Under the pieces are notes generated by a model. The model did not search any database. It saw only the letters and a program-made list of their open reading frames with translations, and had not been told where the DNA came from. A stretch of DNA of 64,000 nucleotides from an uncultured Rivularia sp. (GTDB lineage Bacteria > Cyanobacteriota > Cyanobacteriia > Cyanobacteriales > Nostocaceae): positions 6,720,001-6,784,000 of the forward strand of contig OY762007.1 in assembly GCA_963665115.1 (NCBI GenBank). The letters run 5' to 3'. Every line of letters starts with the position of its first letter. The first letter of the stretch is position 1. Below, piece after piece: positions 1-10,245 of the stretch. The translations under genes were made by a program, and so were the position numbers.

Positions 1-1552
1 AAACACCAATCGTTTCTAATTTCTCAGACGACTCCAAACTATTAAAAGGAGAACCCGTATCCTTCTGCTTCAACACCAACAGCGTGATATCATCAAACAC
101 CTCTTGTAAACCAATATGCGATCGCACATCTTCAATTACGGCATCTTTAATTTCCGTAGCACTCAAGTGACGGTTTTGTTTGATAATTTCGCAAAGCTTT
201 TCGATTCCGTAGAGGTTTTTATTCATGTCTTCAGCTTCGGTAATTCCGTCGGTGAATAGTACCGCAACATCACCAGCACCTAACTGTATCTTTTGCTCAC
301 CAACAAAATCGGCAATTTCATCATCTAAACCGATAGGGAAACCTAGATCGGTAGTATCCAGAAGTTCAAGTTCCCCATTACTACGTATTACAATGACTTC
401 CTCATGTTGCCCACTTAATTTGAGTTCCCCATCGCTATAGTCAATGAGAGACAGAGTAAGATTCTTACCGGAATCCATCCGCTGAATATTTTTGTAAATG
501 GTGCGGTTTAAAATGTCCATAAACCTTATCGGGTTGGTTTCCTCAACTTCTTGCAGAGTGCGGACAGCAGTTTGCACCATCAACATCAGCATTCCACTTT
601 CCAAACCATGTCCGGTTACGTCACCAATACCAATTTTTATTTTTCCATCAAGATTGAGAACATCATAATAATCCCCACCAACTTCATCAGCAGGTTCCAT
701 ATATCCAGCAATATCTAGTCCTTCAACTGACTCCAATTCCGAAGACTTGGGTAGAATCATTCGCTGTAAACGTTTGGTAATATCTAATTCCGACTTTAGG
801 CGAATATTGTCAGCTTGCAAGCGTTCGTTAAGCTGAAGAATTTCTGCATTCGCTGTTTCCAGTTCCTGGTCGGATATTTGCAAGCGCTTAAAGCTACGAG
901 ATAAGAGGACAAAAAAGTTTGCTAACGCTAAAGCCATCCCCGCAATCTGAATCAGCTGCAAATATCCAGTTTTTGTTTGAGCTATTTTTTCTTGTTCAAT
1001 AGTTAAATCATTCATTAAGTCCAGAAGCTTTAGATTATTCTCCCTCCCATATGCAACAGCAGCTTCCAAATCTTTGAATTGAATTAATCTGTCTGCGTTA
1101 AAAACGGGCTGAAGCTTTTCTTTGTAGGGATTCCAAATTTCCAGAGCTTCTCGGATAATTTGTCTTCCCTTCTCAGTCTCTACTGCCTTTAAATATACAG
1201 ATTCCCCGTCAGCGCCCTTAACGCTTTTTCCTGTTTGAAACGCCTTTAGAACATCGTCAAACAACTGATAAGACTGACTTAATCTTTCTCGGGAATCTTG
1301 AATAGAATCACCAGCTTCTTGTTGATTTTGAACTTCTAATAGCGATTTTGTCATTTTTTGAGAAAGCGTCCTTTGCCTTCCCGCCAAATTGATACTAACT
1401 GTATCTTTTTTCAGCAAAGTTGAAAAAATAAAGGTAGGAATTAAAACTCCTAAGTTAAAACATAAGAACAATCCTGCGGAAATCAAAATTGGTCGATATT
1501 TATTATCGCTGAATATAGCTCTCCACAAAAGTTTATTACTTGCGTCTTTCAT
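1..1552 (-). CDS. Membrane-anchored SpoIIE/PP2C Ser/Thr phosphatase with PilJ/NarX-like sensor domain (3' end runs off the window)
   Basis: Not in the ORF track because it is open at the left edge. Manual translation from ATG 1552 gives MKDASNK..., a TM helix, INLAGRQRTLSQKM (PilJ/NarX-like P-box), then PP2C motifs VGGDYYD, IGDVTGHG, FTDGITE and DDITLLV. Confidence 0.85.
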   Translation of the reverse strand, partial: MKDASNKLLWRAIFSDNKYRPILISAGLFLCFNLGVLIPTFIFSTLLKKDTVSINLAGRQRTLSQKMTKSLLEVQNQQEAGDSIQDSRERLSQSYQLFDDVLKAFQTGKSVKGADGESVYLKAVETEKGRQIIREALEIWNPYKEKLQPVFNADRLIQFKDLEAAVAYGRENNLKLLDLMNDLTIEQEKIAQTKTGYLQLIQIAGMALALANFFVLLSRSFKRLQISDQELETANAEILQLNERLQADNIRLKSELDITKRLQRMILPKSSELESVEGLDIAGYMEPADEVGGDYYDVLNLDGKIKIGIGDVTGHGLESGMLMLMVQTAVRTLQEVEETNPIRFMDILNRTIYKNIQRMDSGKNLTLSLIDYSDGELKLSGQHEEVIVIRSNGELELLDTTDLGFPIGLDDEIADFVGEQKIQLGAGDVAVLFTDGITEAEDMNKNLYGIEKLCEIIKQNRHLSATEIKDAVIEDVRSHIGLQEVFDDITLLVLKQKDTGSPFNSLESSEKLETIGV

Positions 1553-2005
1553 ATTTTATATATGCTTATATTGAATGGAAAAAATTGAAATTAGCAGATC
1601 GAATGTCGAAATTTAATTTTACGAACTAAAGAATATTGCCATACAAAATAATTAATGAGCTTTAAATCATTTGTTTATTTTCAGAAAGACTTCTGCCATT
1701 TTCCTAACTCATCGTTTCTAGCAAATATTTGTTCTAAAACTTGAGATTGAAAATAACTATTATCCAATCTTGTTGTTGCTGCTGCTAACTCTTTTACTTG
1801 CTCGATATAGAGTAATAATTCCTGAATTTTATTAAAATACAGATTGTTCAATTCGCTCTTATTGGTTGGCAATTGACTCTATTCTTATTTCTAAATCGGC
1901 TTTTTATTATTTAACTTCCAGTAGCTATGTTTCAAGACTTTTTATTTGTGCCAAAAGCCCCGCATTAGATTAAAATTTCTGGGGATATCACTTTTTTAAA
2001 AATAA

Positions 2006-2374
2006 TTATTGTAAATCTAAAGCTAACCCCGGCATTAATCGCTGTAAATTTTTTAATGATTTACCTTGCCAAGGAATACTATTAGAACCAAGAATTTTCA
2101 TCTGGACTGACTTTTTCTTTCGCATCCCAATCACAAATTTGGATAGCATACTAATTCCCGAACTATTGAGAAATTCTAAACGCTGTAGATCGAGAACCAT
2201 ACTAGGTGGTTCAGTAGAAGCTACGTCATTCAATATTTTCAAAATAGGTGCATAATCTTGCATTCCAGTCAATCTTAGTGCGCCATCAAAATTAATAGCA
2301 CCACTATTTTTGTCATACCAAACGTTATAGTTTTCACCCTTAATTTGCATTCCAATAAAGCTCCTTGTATCCAA
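2006..2374 (-). CDS. STAS-like / anti-sigma-antagonist protein (Slr1659/SiaC-like)
   Basis: LDLQRLEFLNSSGISML matches the STAS phospho-serine motif; lies next to a kinase-like gene and a PP2C gene. Confidence 0.7.
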   Translation of the reverse strand: MDTRSFIGMQIKGENYNVWYDKNSGAINFDGALRLTGMQDYAPILKILNDVASTEPPSMVLDLQRLEFLNSSGISMLSKFVIGMRKKKSVQMKILGSNSIPWQGKSLKNLQRLMPGLALDLQ

Positions 2375-2409
2375 CCTGTTTGTAGATGAAATATTTGTGT
2401 ATAAATACC

Positions 2410-3045
2410 TTAAACAGCCAACTCAACCATAGTTGTTACTGTCATAACTGGAGAATCTTTCTCGACAATATCAAATTTCCACCCTAGCTTGGCAGAATAA
2501 TCGTTAACTATTGTCAAAAAACCCAAACCAGAACTAGAAGTATTTTCATCTTCTGCATTTTCTTCTAATTTACGAATGAAAAGCTCATCTGGGTCAGAAT
2601 TTAGTAATTCCTTAATAAAGTTCTGAAAATTTTCTGCTTGTGAAGCAAGAATACTATTATCCACAAATAGTCGAATCTTATTATTTTCTATCTGGGTATG
2701 TAATGTAATTGGATATAAAGCAGTTGTGTCAGCATATTTCATTGAATTTTCTAACAATTCATTAGCAATATAGCTCACAGCACTTTTCATTTCAGCTAAC
2801 TTATCTATGCTGTCAGGTTCCGAAGGTTTAATTGGAAAAAATGTAGCTAAATAATTAGCAATATAATCCGCTGATAAACCATTATTACGCCAGCGCTTTT
2901 TTATTGGAATAGCGGATGGCGAAAAGCCTACAGTTAGATGTTCATCTTGTTGCGGTCTTTCCACATAATCACCAAAAACCTGAGCTTTTTCTAGATTATC
3001 TTTGGTGAATAAATTTTCTAGAAAGTTTCCAAATATCTGAATCAC
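2410..3045 (-). CDS. GHKL/HATPase-like putative Ser kinase (Slr1658/SiaB-like)
   Basis: N-box IANELLENSMKY and G2-like SSGLGFLTI. Confidence 0.7.
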   Translation of the reverse strand: MIQIFGNFLENLFTKDNLEKAQVFGDYVERPQQDEHLTVGFSPSAIPIKKRWRNNGLSADYIANYLATFFPIKPSEPDSIDKLAEMKSAVSYIANELLENSMKYADTTALYPITLHTQIENNKIRLFVDNSILASQAENFQNFIKELLNSDPDELFIRKLEENAEDENTSSSGLGFLTIVNDYSAKLGWKFDIVEKDSPVMTVTTMVELAV

Positions 3046-3437
3046 GGTTATCTTATCCCCAGTGACCTGTTCGTGTATAAAAAATTTATGCTCGTTCGTA
3101 TTTTAATCTGATGCTTTAACAAATTAACTGGTTATATTCCATTAGGGTTTTTATCCAGCAACGTCTGTTTGATTGATACTCTGCTAAATATTGCAACTTA
3201 CAATCATATCCCCTGCTAGTATCTATTAACTATATTGCAACCATATTATACTTTCGGCTTCAGTCAATACACTGAATAGCTATGTTTTATTACACGCAAT
3301 CTAATTTAACGAATCGACTTAGGCATATTAACTAATACTACTGATTTCAGATTAGCTACCTAAATATATTTACGTATTTCTATGTAATAAATTAGCTTAA
3401 TTAGTTTACTTAATCTACTAATTACGCAAAAGCTAAA

Positions 3438-3466
3438 GAACCCGGTTTTTTGAAAAAACCGGGTTC
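3438..3466. terminator. Perfect inverted repeat, probable terminator or REP-like element
   Basis: GAACCCGGTTTTTT-G-AAAAAACCGGGTTC downstream of the ycf65 stop. Confidence 0.55.
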
Positions 3467-3575
3467 CTAAATTCTCAAGTTGGCGCAGTCCGAAAGTGGG
3501 ATGTATGTGAGAATGCTATTTCAAAGCAAAAATTCTGCACAGTAATTAGCAACAGAAATCAAGTGGGACGCAATC

Positions 3576-3917
3576 TTAATTACTACCTGTAAAGATGACT
3601 TCAGGAAATTTGCCTTGAGCCTCTGTCATTGGTCGTTTTCTACCTTCTTCTTGCCAATAATTAATAACTTCCGTAGCCTTATTAAGCAACTCAACCCGCT
3701 CCACTTCAGCAATCCAGTGTTTCGACTCTAACTCATTTTTTAACTCTTCCCACGCATCAGTACGGGGCCAGAAAAAGTATTTAGTCAAAGGGCTAAAACC
3801 CTTGCCTACGACCTGATCGACAGCCAAAGCCACGTTATCATCCAACCATAGAATCTTCAAAATAAACTTGGATAATAGCTCTTGAGTTTGATTTTGCTCT
3901 TCCATATATTTCAGCAA
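3576..3917 (-). CDS. ycf65: 30S ribosomal protein PSRP-3/Ycf65
   Basis: [18 protein letters not shown]...[15 protein letters not shown] is the PSRP-3 family signature. Confidence 0.9.
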   Translation of the reverse strand: MLKYMEEQNQTQELLSKFILKILWLDDNVALAVDQVVGKGFSPLTKYFFWPRTDAWEELKNELESKHWIAEVERVELLNKATEVINYWQEEGRKRPMTEAQGKFPEVIFTGSN

Positions 3918-4104
3918 CCATTAATAACGACAGCAATCGACTATTTTAACTTAATACCTTACCATCTGAGCAATTAGGATGGGGAGATTGGGAGATGAGC
4001 GAGTAGCGAGTAAAGAGTAAAAGTATGCTTTCGGGTGAGATGAACATGGTTTCTCAAGAGTTCTGAAGAGGTATCTAATATGCTTTTAACAGAACGATAT
4101 TTTT

Positions 4105-4200
4105 TTCTACTTGCTACTTGCTACTCACTACTCACTGATAACTCCCTACTGGTAACTGGTCACTGATTACTGTTAACTGTTAACTGTTAACTGTTAACTG
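4105..4200. repeat. Heptamer short tandem repeats (STRR-type)
   Basis: CTACTTG/CTACTCA units and (TGTTAAC)x4, typical of Nostocales intergenic DNA. Confidence 0.8.
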
Positions 4201-4206
4201 AAAACC

Positions 4207-5013
4207 GTGACTCAAGAAAATTCAATTCCTGCCATTGTTGTTTTTGATATTGATGGTGTAGTGCGCGATGTGTCGGGTTCCTATCGACGAGCGCTAGCAG
4301 ATACTGTAGAGGAATTTACAGCACAAGCATATCGTCCTACAGCAGACGATATTGATGCTCTTAAGTCCGAAGGTGTGTGGAATAATGATTGGGAAGGTTC
4401 TCAAGAATTAATTTATCGTTACTTTGAAACTCAAAAACAATCCCGCCAACAATTAAATCTTGATTACAATTCGATTGTCGCCTTTTTCCAATCGCGTTAC
4501 CGAGGTACCGATCCTAATAATTTGACTGGATATATTTGCGATGAACCATTATTGTTGCAACCGAGCTACTTAAATCAACTTACTGAAGCTGGAATTCTTT
4601 GGGGATTTTTTAGCGGTGCAACTCGCGCTTCAGCTACCTATGTTTTGCAACAACGTCTCAATTTACAATCTCCCGTATTAATTGCAATGGAAGATGCACC
4701 GGGAAAACCAGATCCTACGGGACTATTTTCTACACTTGAGTTACTTGAAAATGGTGTTGATAATATTAATAATTCACCACCAGTAATTTACGTAGGAGAT
4801 ACAGTTGCTGATATGTACACCGTAGAGAAAGCGCAAAATAATCAACCAAATCGTACTTGGATTGGTGTAGGAGTATTACCACCTCACGTACAGCAAACAG
4901 CGCAAAAATGCGATGCATACAAGCAGTCACTTAAAAAAGCCGGAGCAACGATAGTTTTAAGTAACGTGCAAGAATTAACTCCGAGAAAGATTGAGCAATT
5001 ACTTCAGAGTTAG
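4207..5013 (+). CDS. HAD-superfamily hydrolase (TIGR01548-like)
   Basis: Motif I FDIDGV, GKPDP, YVGDTVAD. Confidence 0.85.
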   Translation: MTQENSIPAIVVFDIDGVVRDVSGSYRRALADTVEEFTAQAYRPTADDIDALKSEGVWNNDWEGSQELIYRYFETQKQSRQQLNLDYNSIVAFFQSRYRGTDPNNLTGYICDEPLLLQPSYLNQLTEAGILWGFFSGATRASATYVLQQRLNLQSPVLIAMEDAPGKPDPTGLFSTLELLENGVDNINNSPPVIYVGDTVADMYTVEKAQNNQPNRTWIGVGVLPPHVQQTAQKCDAYKQSLKKAGATIVLSNVQELTPRKIEQLLQS

Positions 5014-5111
5014 GAGTTGAAAAGAACTTCAGCTTCGGTATCGGAGGAAGAGAATATTGCTTCCCCTGCTCTCTTTCGCCCTTTCCCTTCATCCCCCATC
5101 CCCATCTACCC

Positions 5112-6419
5112 ATGTTAAAAAGAGAACTTGCTGCTCACGAGCAAGCAATGGAAATTTTAAATAATCTTGCGGCTTCGTTTCATATTGTGACAATTAGCCG
5201 CATTAAAGGAATTTTGAACGAAGAATTATTAAGAAAAGCGCTCGATATTACCCAAAGTCGTCATCCTTTACTTAATTCAGCAATTGTTGCAAAGTCAAAT
5301 AGTTTTTGGTTTGAAGAAGGAGCAGATAAAATTCCATTATTAGTTGTGAAAAAGCAGCAAATACAGCAGTGGCAAGAAGTTGTTATCGAAGAATTAAATC
5401 AAAAAATTAATAGTGATAAAAATCTGCTGCGAGTAACACTTGTTAACTTTAAAGAAGAAGAAAATATTTGTTATCTCATCACAACCATACACCATGCAAT
5501 CGCAGACGCTTCATCATGTATCCAATTGCACTCAGAAATATTAACTAATTGTCAAACAATTACAGAAGGGAAAGCGGGAAGCAATGTTACTCAGTTACCT
5601 CAATTACCTTCTATTGACAAATTAATACCAGAATACCTTCAGGGTTTTACTGGAAAAATAGGTAATATTCTTTATCTATTGAACTTGAAACTACAGTTAT
5701 TGCGTTATCAACCTATAACTGTAGGTTTTGAAAAAAGCATACAAATACAATCTCGTAGCTGCGGTATGGTGCATAGAAAGCTCAATTCAGAATTAACTGC
5801 ACGCTTAGTAGATGTTTGTCGGCAAGAAAAAACGACAGTACAAGCTGCTTTGGGTGCTGCAATGTTGTTTGCAGTTGCCAAAAAAACTAATCTTTCTCAA
5901 AGAAAAAATACTTGTTTAAGCTTTCGCTCATCTATCAATTTACGTCCGCGTTTGCAACCACAAATAAATAAAGAGCATCTAGGTTCAATTGTTTCTAGTC
6001 TATTTTCTTTTCATAATTTAAAAGAAAATAATAATTTCTGGGATTTAGCACAAGATATTAAACAAAAACTTGAAAAAGGTTTAGCAACTAGCGATGCATT
6101 CAGATTCCTTTTAGTATCTAAAAAGCTTTTAACATCTTTTTTAAATAATCCTTCTCAATCACCGGGTAGCGCTTATTTAACTAATATTGGTCGCATTACA
6201 ATTCCACACGATTACGGTCAATTTCAATTAGAAGAAATTAGCTTTGTTCCAGGGCAAGCAGCATTTGGAGGTATTTTTACTGCTGCTGTTTCTACTTTTC
6301 GAGGAAGTATGTTATTGAATTTTATGTTTTCTCAACCTTCAATTAGTACCGAAACGGTAGAAACTTTGGCTTCGGATATGATTTGTATGATTTCTGATAT
6401 TTGTAATCCAAAAAAATAA
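5112..6419 (+). CDS. Stand-alone condensation-domain / CoA-dependent acyltransferase (PapA5/alcohol acetyltransferase-like)
   Basis: HHAIADAS (HHxxxD catalytic motif), RHPLL, INLRPRL, TNIG. Confidence 0.75.
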   Translation: MLKRELAAHEQAMEILNNLAASFHIVTISRIKGILNEELLRKALDITQSRHPLLNSAIVAKSNSFWFEEGADKIPLLVVKKQQIQQWQEVVIEELNQKINSDKNLLRVTLVNFKEEENICYLITTIHHAIADASSCIQLHSEILTNCQTITEGKAGSNVTQLPQLPSIDKLIPEYLQGFTGKIGNILYLLNLKLQLLRYQPITVGFEKSIQIQSRSCGMVHRKLNSELTARLVDVCRQEKTTVQAALGAAMLFAVAKKTNLSQRKNTCLSFRSSINLRPRLQPQINKEHLGSIVSSLFSFHNLKENNNFWDLAQDIKQKLEKGLATSDAFRFLLVSKKLLTSFLNNPSQSPGSAYLTNIGRITIPHDYGQFQLEEISFVPGQAAFGGIFTAAVSTFRGSMLLNFMFSQPSISTETVETLASDMICMISDICNPKK

Positions 6420-6491
6420 ACTCCCCATTCCCTTGCAGAGAAGGGGGCTGGGGGGTTAGGTTTCCGAGATGTTGATATTAATAAACAAAGT

Positions 6492-7739
6492 TTAGCTATT
6501 ACTTTTCCAAATATTACGCCAACCTAACGTATATAGCAAACTTTTCAAAACACCGTAAATTCCTTGAATTTGATATCCTAAAAATGCTCGAATAATCCAT
6601 GTTTTCAAGGAATTCTTAGGATAATAAATCAAGATGAACTTAAGCATTCCCCATATCCCTTGAGTAATGCGAGTAGTATAAACAGCGTCGCCATAACTTT
6701 TGAAAGACTTGGGTTGTACTGGATCTCCTATGTGTAAAAGCGGTACGCTGTTCCAAGGATCGAATTCTGCAAATTTTTGAGAAAAATTCCAAGTTGGACG
6801 AACAAACTTTGTAGCCTGCTCGTTTAACATACAGGCGGTGAAACTAAATATGCTATTGCTGATACCTGCTATATCGCAGTTGCTGAATAAGAAAAAGTCG
6901 ATGTAAAACCCAATCCCTGAGTCTTTCATCCTTTCGGGTAGCTCGATATTCAAATCTTTATAGGTGATAGGCGAAAATTTTTGAAAATCATCAATTACAC
7001 TATCCAAATCATCGCTACACAGAAAAAGAACCGGATTTTCTAATTCATCCCAGATACTTTCAAGCCATTCGCACCACCATTTTGAAGGAACCACAAGAGT
7101 AAACCCAGCCATTGGCACTGAAAAAAAATCACCCCGCCTAATATGAACTCCAACTATTGTTTTACCTTGGGAACGAAGAACTTCTAATCCATCTAATAAC
7201 GCTGACTTTAAATCGTTAACAGGTTGAAACCAGGAGCGAATTTCTTCTTTATATGGTTGTAAATAATGAGTGTGAACCTGAAAAAAACCCCATAAATCAA
7301 CATTCGTCAAATTATTTTCAATTATTTCTTCTCCTGGAATCCGAAAACTGTTTTGATGTGATAGTTTCTCTATGTAAGGAATGAATTCGGGAATATAGTC
7401 AAAAAGATTGGGACCATAATACGATTTTTCAACAGCTAAAGGTAAACGCTTAGAAATTGGTGCATCCTCAAGTCCGAATAAAGTTTGCCCTATCCAAGGA
7501 GAGCATTCCATTTTAGAATTAGTTTTTTTAGCACAGACTTTTAGAAAAGCATATTGTAATAGCTGGTTTCCAAATCTTCCTAAATCACCTAAAGACGACA
7601 TAGTAATAACAGGTTCGTTAGAAACTATAGCGTCATTGGTCGATGATTTTATAATTTTATCAGCATCTTTTTTAAAAGTTTTAAAGACACTAAATCCTCT
7701 ATCCGTCTCGCTTTTACGAGCATATTTATCTTTTGCCAT
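6492..7739 (-). CDS. Alpha-1,2-fucosyltransferase-like glycosyltransferase (GT11)
   Basis: GRFGNQL, GVHIRRGDF and SNSIFS are GT11 motifs. Confidence 0.8.
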   Translation of the reverse strand: MAKDKYARKSETDRGFSVFKTFKKDADKIIKSSTNDAIVSNEPVITMSSLGDLGRFGNQLLQYAFLKVCAKKTNSKMECSPWIGQTLFGLEDAPISKRLPLAVEKSYYGPNLFDYIPEFIPYIEKLSHQNSFRIPGEEIIENNLTNVDLWGFFQVHTHYLQPYKEEIRSWFQPVNDLKSALLDGLEVLRSQGKTIVGVHIRRGDFFSVPMAGFTLVVPSKWWCEWLESIWDELENPVLFLCSDDLDSVIDDFQKFSPITYKDLNIELPERMKDSGIGFYIDFFLFSNCDIAGISNSIFSFTACMLNEQATKFVRPTWNFSQKFAEFDPWNSVPLLHIGDPVQPKSFKSYGDAVYTTRITQGIWGMLKFILIYYPKNSLKTWIIRAFLGYQIQGIYGVLKSLLYTLGWRNIWKSNS

Positions 7740-7842
7740 TAAGCCCCGAATTATTGAAATAAATACTGTTTACTAATCAGAATTTATTCTTAATTGCAGG
7801 GTCTTAATGTTAGTTCATAACACGAAAAAAAATCTTATGTTG

Positions 7843-9120
7843 CTATCTTTGAACTATCACTGGTTTCCTTGTAGTTACAGCTTTTTCAATAATATCCGCA
7901 GCACGTTTTACACCTCCAGCATTACGAATTGCTGTTTGTAATTTCAAAGCATTTTGTTTGTAAGAATCTTCTGTTAATACCCGCTTAATACTTTCTCGCA
8001 AACTAGAAACATTCAATTTTTTCAAGGTAATAGCTTCTCCCGCACCACTCCAAGCTGTACGTGCTGCAACTCCAGGCTGGTCATTAGTAACGGGTATGGC
8101 TACCATTGGAACTCCATACTTCAAACATTCCATCGTTGTATTCATTCCAGCATGAGTAATCATCAAAGTAGCTTTTTCGAGTAGTTCTAATTGAGGTGCA
8201 TACTCAACAACTAAAGGATTTCCTGGCAAATTTGGTAATGATTCTGGTTTTGCGGAACCCCCTAAAGAAATTACCAACTGAACATCTAATCCCTCACAAG
8301 CTGAGGCTATTTTGTAAAAAACTGGAATTAAACGATTTTGTAAGGTTCCCATCGAAGCGTAAATCAATGGTTTTTCTGTTAACTTTTCATAAGGAAAAGG
8401 AACGGGTGCCCGACTAGCTGAAGAATGGTAGGTTCCGGTGAAATGAAACCACTTAGGTAATTGCTTTCTAGGAAATTCAAATTCAGCAGGTGCTTGACTT
8501 ATTTGAGCTAATTGTGAGTAGGCTTCATTAGGGTGAGAATGTAAAGGTAAGTTCCACTTTTTACGATACTCGTCAATTACGTCTCGAATTGGTTTGGCAA
8601 CTTGATTAACTAAGGTATAACCCATTTGGTTACGTAAACGTGCCCAAAAATTTGGGCTATACTCCCACAAAGTATTAAAAGGAGGAATGCTAGGTTCTCG
8701 GTTCAGTACCACTGCACTACAAACCGTAACGAAAGGAATATCGATAATATCTGCAACAGTCCCTCCCTCAATCGAACCTTGGTTTACCAACAAAGCTTCT
8801 ACACCTGTTTCTTTGAGTAACTCAGGAGCATCACGAAGTTTTACAGCTGCCATATTTTTAAGTAATTCAACTGTATACCTTAATGCAGCTAGTCCGCGCA
8901 TATCCCCCAACTTGGCAAATGATTTTGCTGTCGAACCAGATGGAAAATCTTTCTCTCCTACCGCTAAGAATTCTATCCCTGCTGCTTCCACCTTGGATTG
9001 AGTATCTATTTCTCCGCAAAAAGTCACACGATGACCGCGCTGCTGAAGTTCCTGTCCCAACGGAAGCATAGTATTTAGTGGACCAGTTGAGCCAGGACAA
9101 AGAATACCATAATGAGTCAT
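7843..9120 (-). CDS. UDP-glycosyltransferase, MGT/GT1 family
   Basis: YASMGT and PSPG-like box APQLELL...ITHAGMNTTME...GVPMVAIPVTNDQ. Confidence 0.85.
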   Translation of the reverse strand: MTHYGILCPGSTGPLNTMLPLGQELQQRGHRVTFCGEIDTQSKVEAAGIEFLAVGEKDFPSGSTAKSFAKLGDMRGLAALRYTVELLKNMAAVKLRDAPELLKETGVEALLVNQGSIEGGTVADIIDIPFVTVCSAVVLNREPSIPPFNTLWEYSPNFWARLRNQMGYTLVNQVAKPIRDVIDEYRKKWNLPLHSHPNEAYSQLAQISQAPAEFEFPRKQLPKWFHFTGTYHSSASRAPVPFPYEKLTEKPLIYASMGTLQNRLIPVFYKIASACEGLDVQLVISLGGSAKPESLPNLPGNPLVVEYAPQLELLEKATLMITHAGMNTTMECLKYGVPMVAIPVTNDQPGVAARTAWSGAGEAITLKKLNVSSLRESIKRVLTEDSYKQNALKLQTAIRNAGGVKRAADIIEKAVTTRKPVIVQR

Positions 9121-9327
9121 GATAAATGCTTTTTACTCCAACTATTTTGTTATATTCCTAATATTTATTTAGGTGCATTCCTAACTAACTTATGCACAAA
9201 TTACTAACAGAAAATAAATTAGTGGAGTTTTCAATGTATCAATCCAATTTTAAGTATAAAAATATTAAAAGCACATGATGCAAAAGAGCAACAAGTGCAT
9301 TTATTTAAACATTATCAATAAGTAAAA

Positions 9328-10143
9328 TCACTGCAATTTCAAAAACTTATCTAAAGCAGCGACCATACTATCGGGCCAGCGTCGCACGTTTTTCACCCAA
9401 TCAATATCTTTATAACGACGATCTAATCCATAAGCTGCTACCCAATTGCTCTCGGCTTCACCTTTTTCTCCTTTTGCCCAAAGTGCTGCGGTAAGGGATG
9501 CGCGTACATCGGGAAACTGAGGATATTTACGGATAATATTTTTCATCTCTCGTATAGCTTCATCTTTTTGACCAGTCTCATAAAGCGCGAGAGCATAATT
9601 AGCACGAGCAAAAGCGAAATTTGGAGCTTTTTCCGCCGATTTTTGATAGTCTGCTATAGCTTCATACCATTGTCCCAAACCAGCTTTGGCATTTCCCCGA
9701 TTATTGTACGCCATTGCATCCGACGGATCTAATTTTAGAATATAGTCATAATCAGCGATCGCCTCATCCCATCTTCCCAAACCTTCTAAAGCAGCTCCTC
9801 TATTTAAATAAGGATCTGTCACATTAGGAGCAATTTCTATAGATTTGTTAAAATCTGTTAGCGCTTCTTCTAACTTGTTTTGACTAATTCTAGAATTCCC
9901 TCGATTACTCCAAACTGCGGGATTGTCAGGGAATTTCTCAATGATTTTTGTCCAATACTCTTCAGCTTCAGCAAAATCACCTTTATTAGTAGCAGCGAAA
10001 GCTTTATTCCCTAACTCATCTAGCTGTTTTAATTCTTCTTTTGTTGGTTCAGAAGTTTGAGTGGTTAGAGCGAAAACAGGCTCAACCCAGCTAAATAATA
10101 AAAGTAAACTTAGTAATATTCCGATTAGTTTCATCATAATCAA
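9328..10143 (-). CDS. Exported tetratricopeptide-repeat protein
   Basis: Signal peptide followed by repeated 34-aa TPR units (AYNNRGNAK...A.ADY). Confidence 0.9.
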   Translation of the reverse strand: MIMMKLIGILLSLLLLFSWVEPVFALTTQTSEPTKEELKQLDELGNKAFAATNKGDFAEAEEYWTKIIEKFPDNPAVWSNRGNSRISQNKLEEALTDFNKSIEIAPNVTDPYLNRGAALEGLGRWDEAIADYDYILKLDPSDAMAYNNRGNAKAGLGQWYEAIADYQKSAEKAPNFAFARANYALALYETGQKDEAIREMKNIIRKYPQFPDVRASLTAALWAKGEKGEAESNWVAAYGLDRRYKDIDWVKNVRRWPDSMVAALDKFLKLQ

Positions 10144-10245
10144 TGAAATTGATAGTAGTTAGTAGATAGTAATTAGTCGATAGTAGTTTAGAAATTGAAC
10201 AATCAACTACTAACAACCAACCACTAACAACTAACTATTTTGACG

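Noticed and set aside
1681..1872. 63-aa ORF between the STAS and PP2C genes
   Set aside because: TTG start and no motif; may be a remnant or a real small gene, but cannot be supported.
3349..3360. GATTAGCTAC match to CRISPR spacer 35952-35984
   Set aside because: Only about 10 nt, which is expected by chance.
8196..9100. Short antisense/overlapping ORFs here and in many other genes of the track
   Set aside because: They are shadow ORFs of well-supported genes and show no independent motifs.
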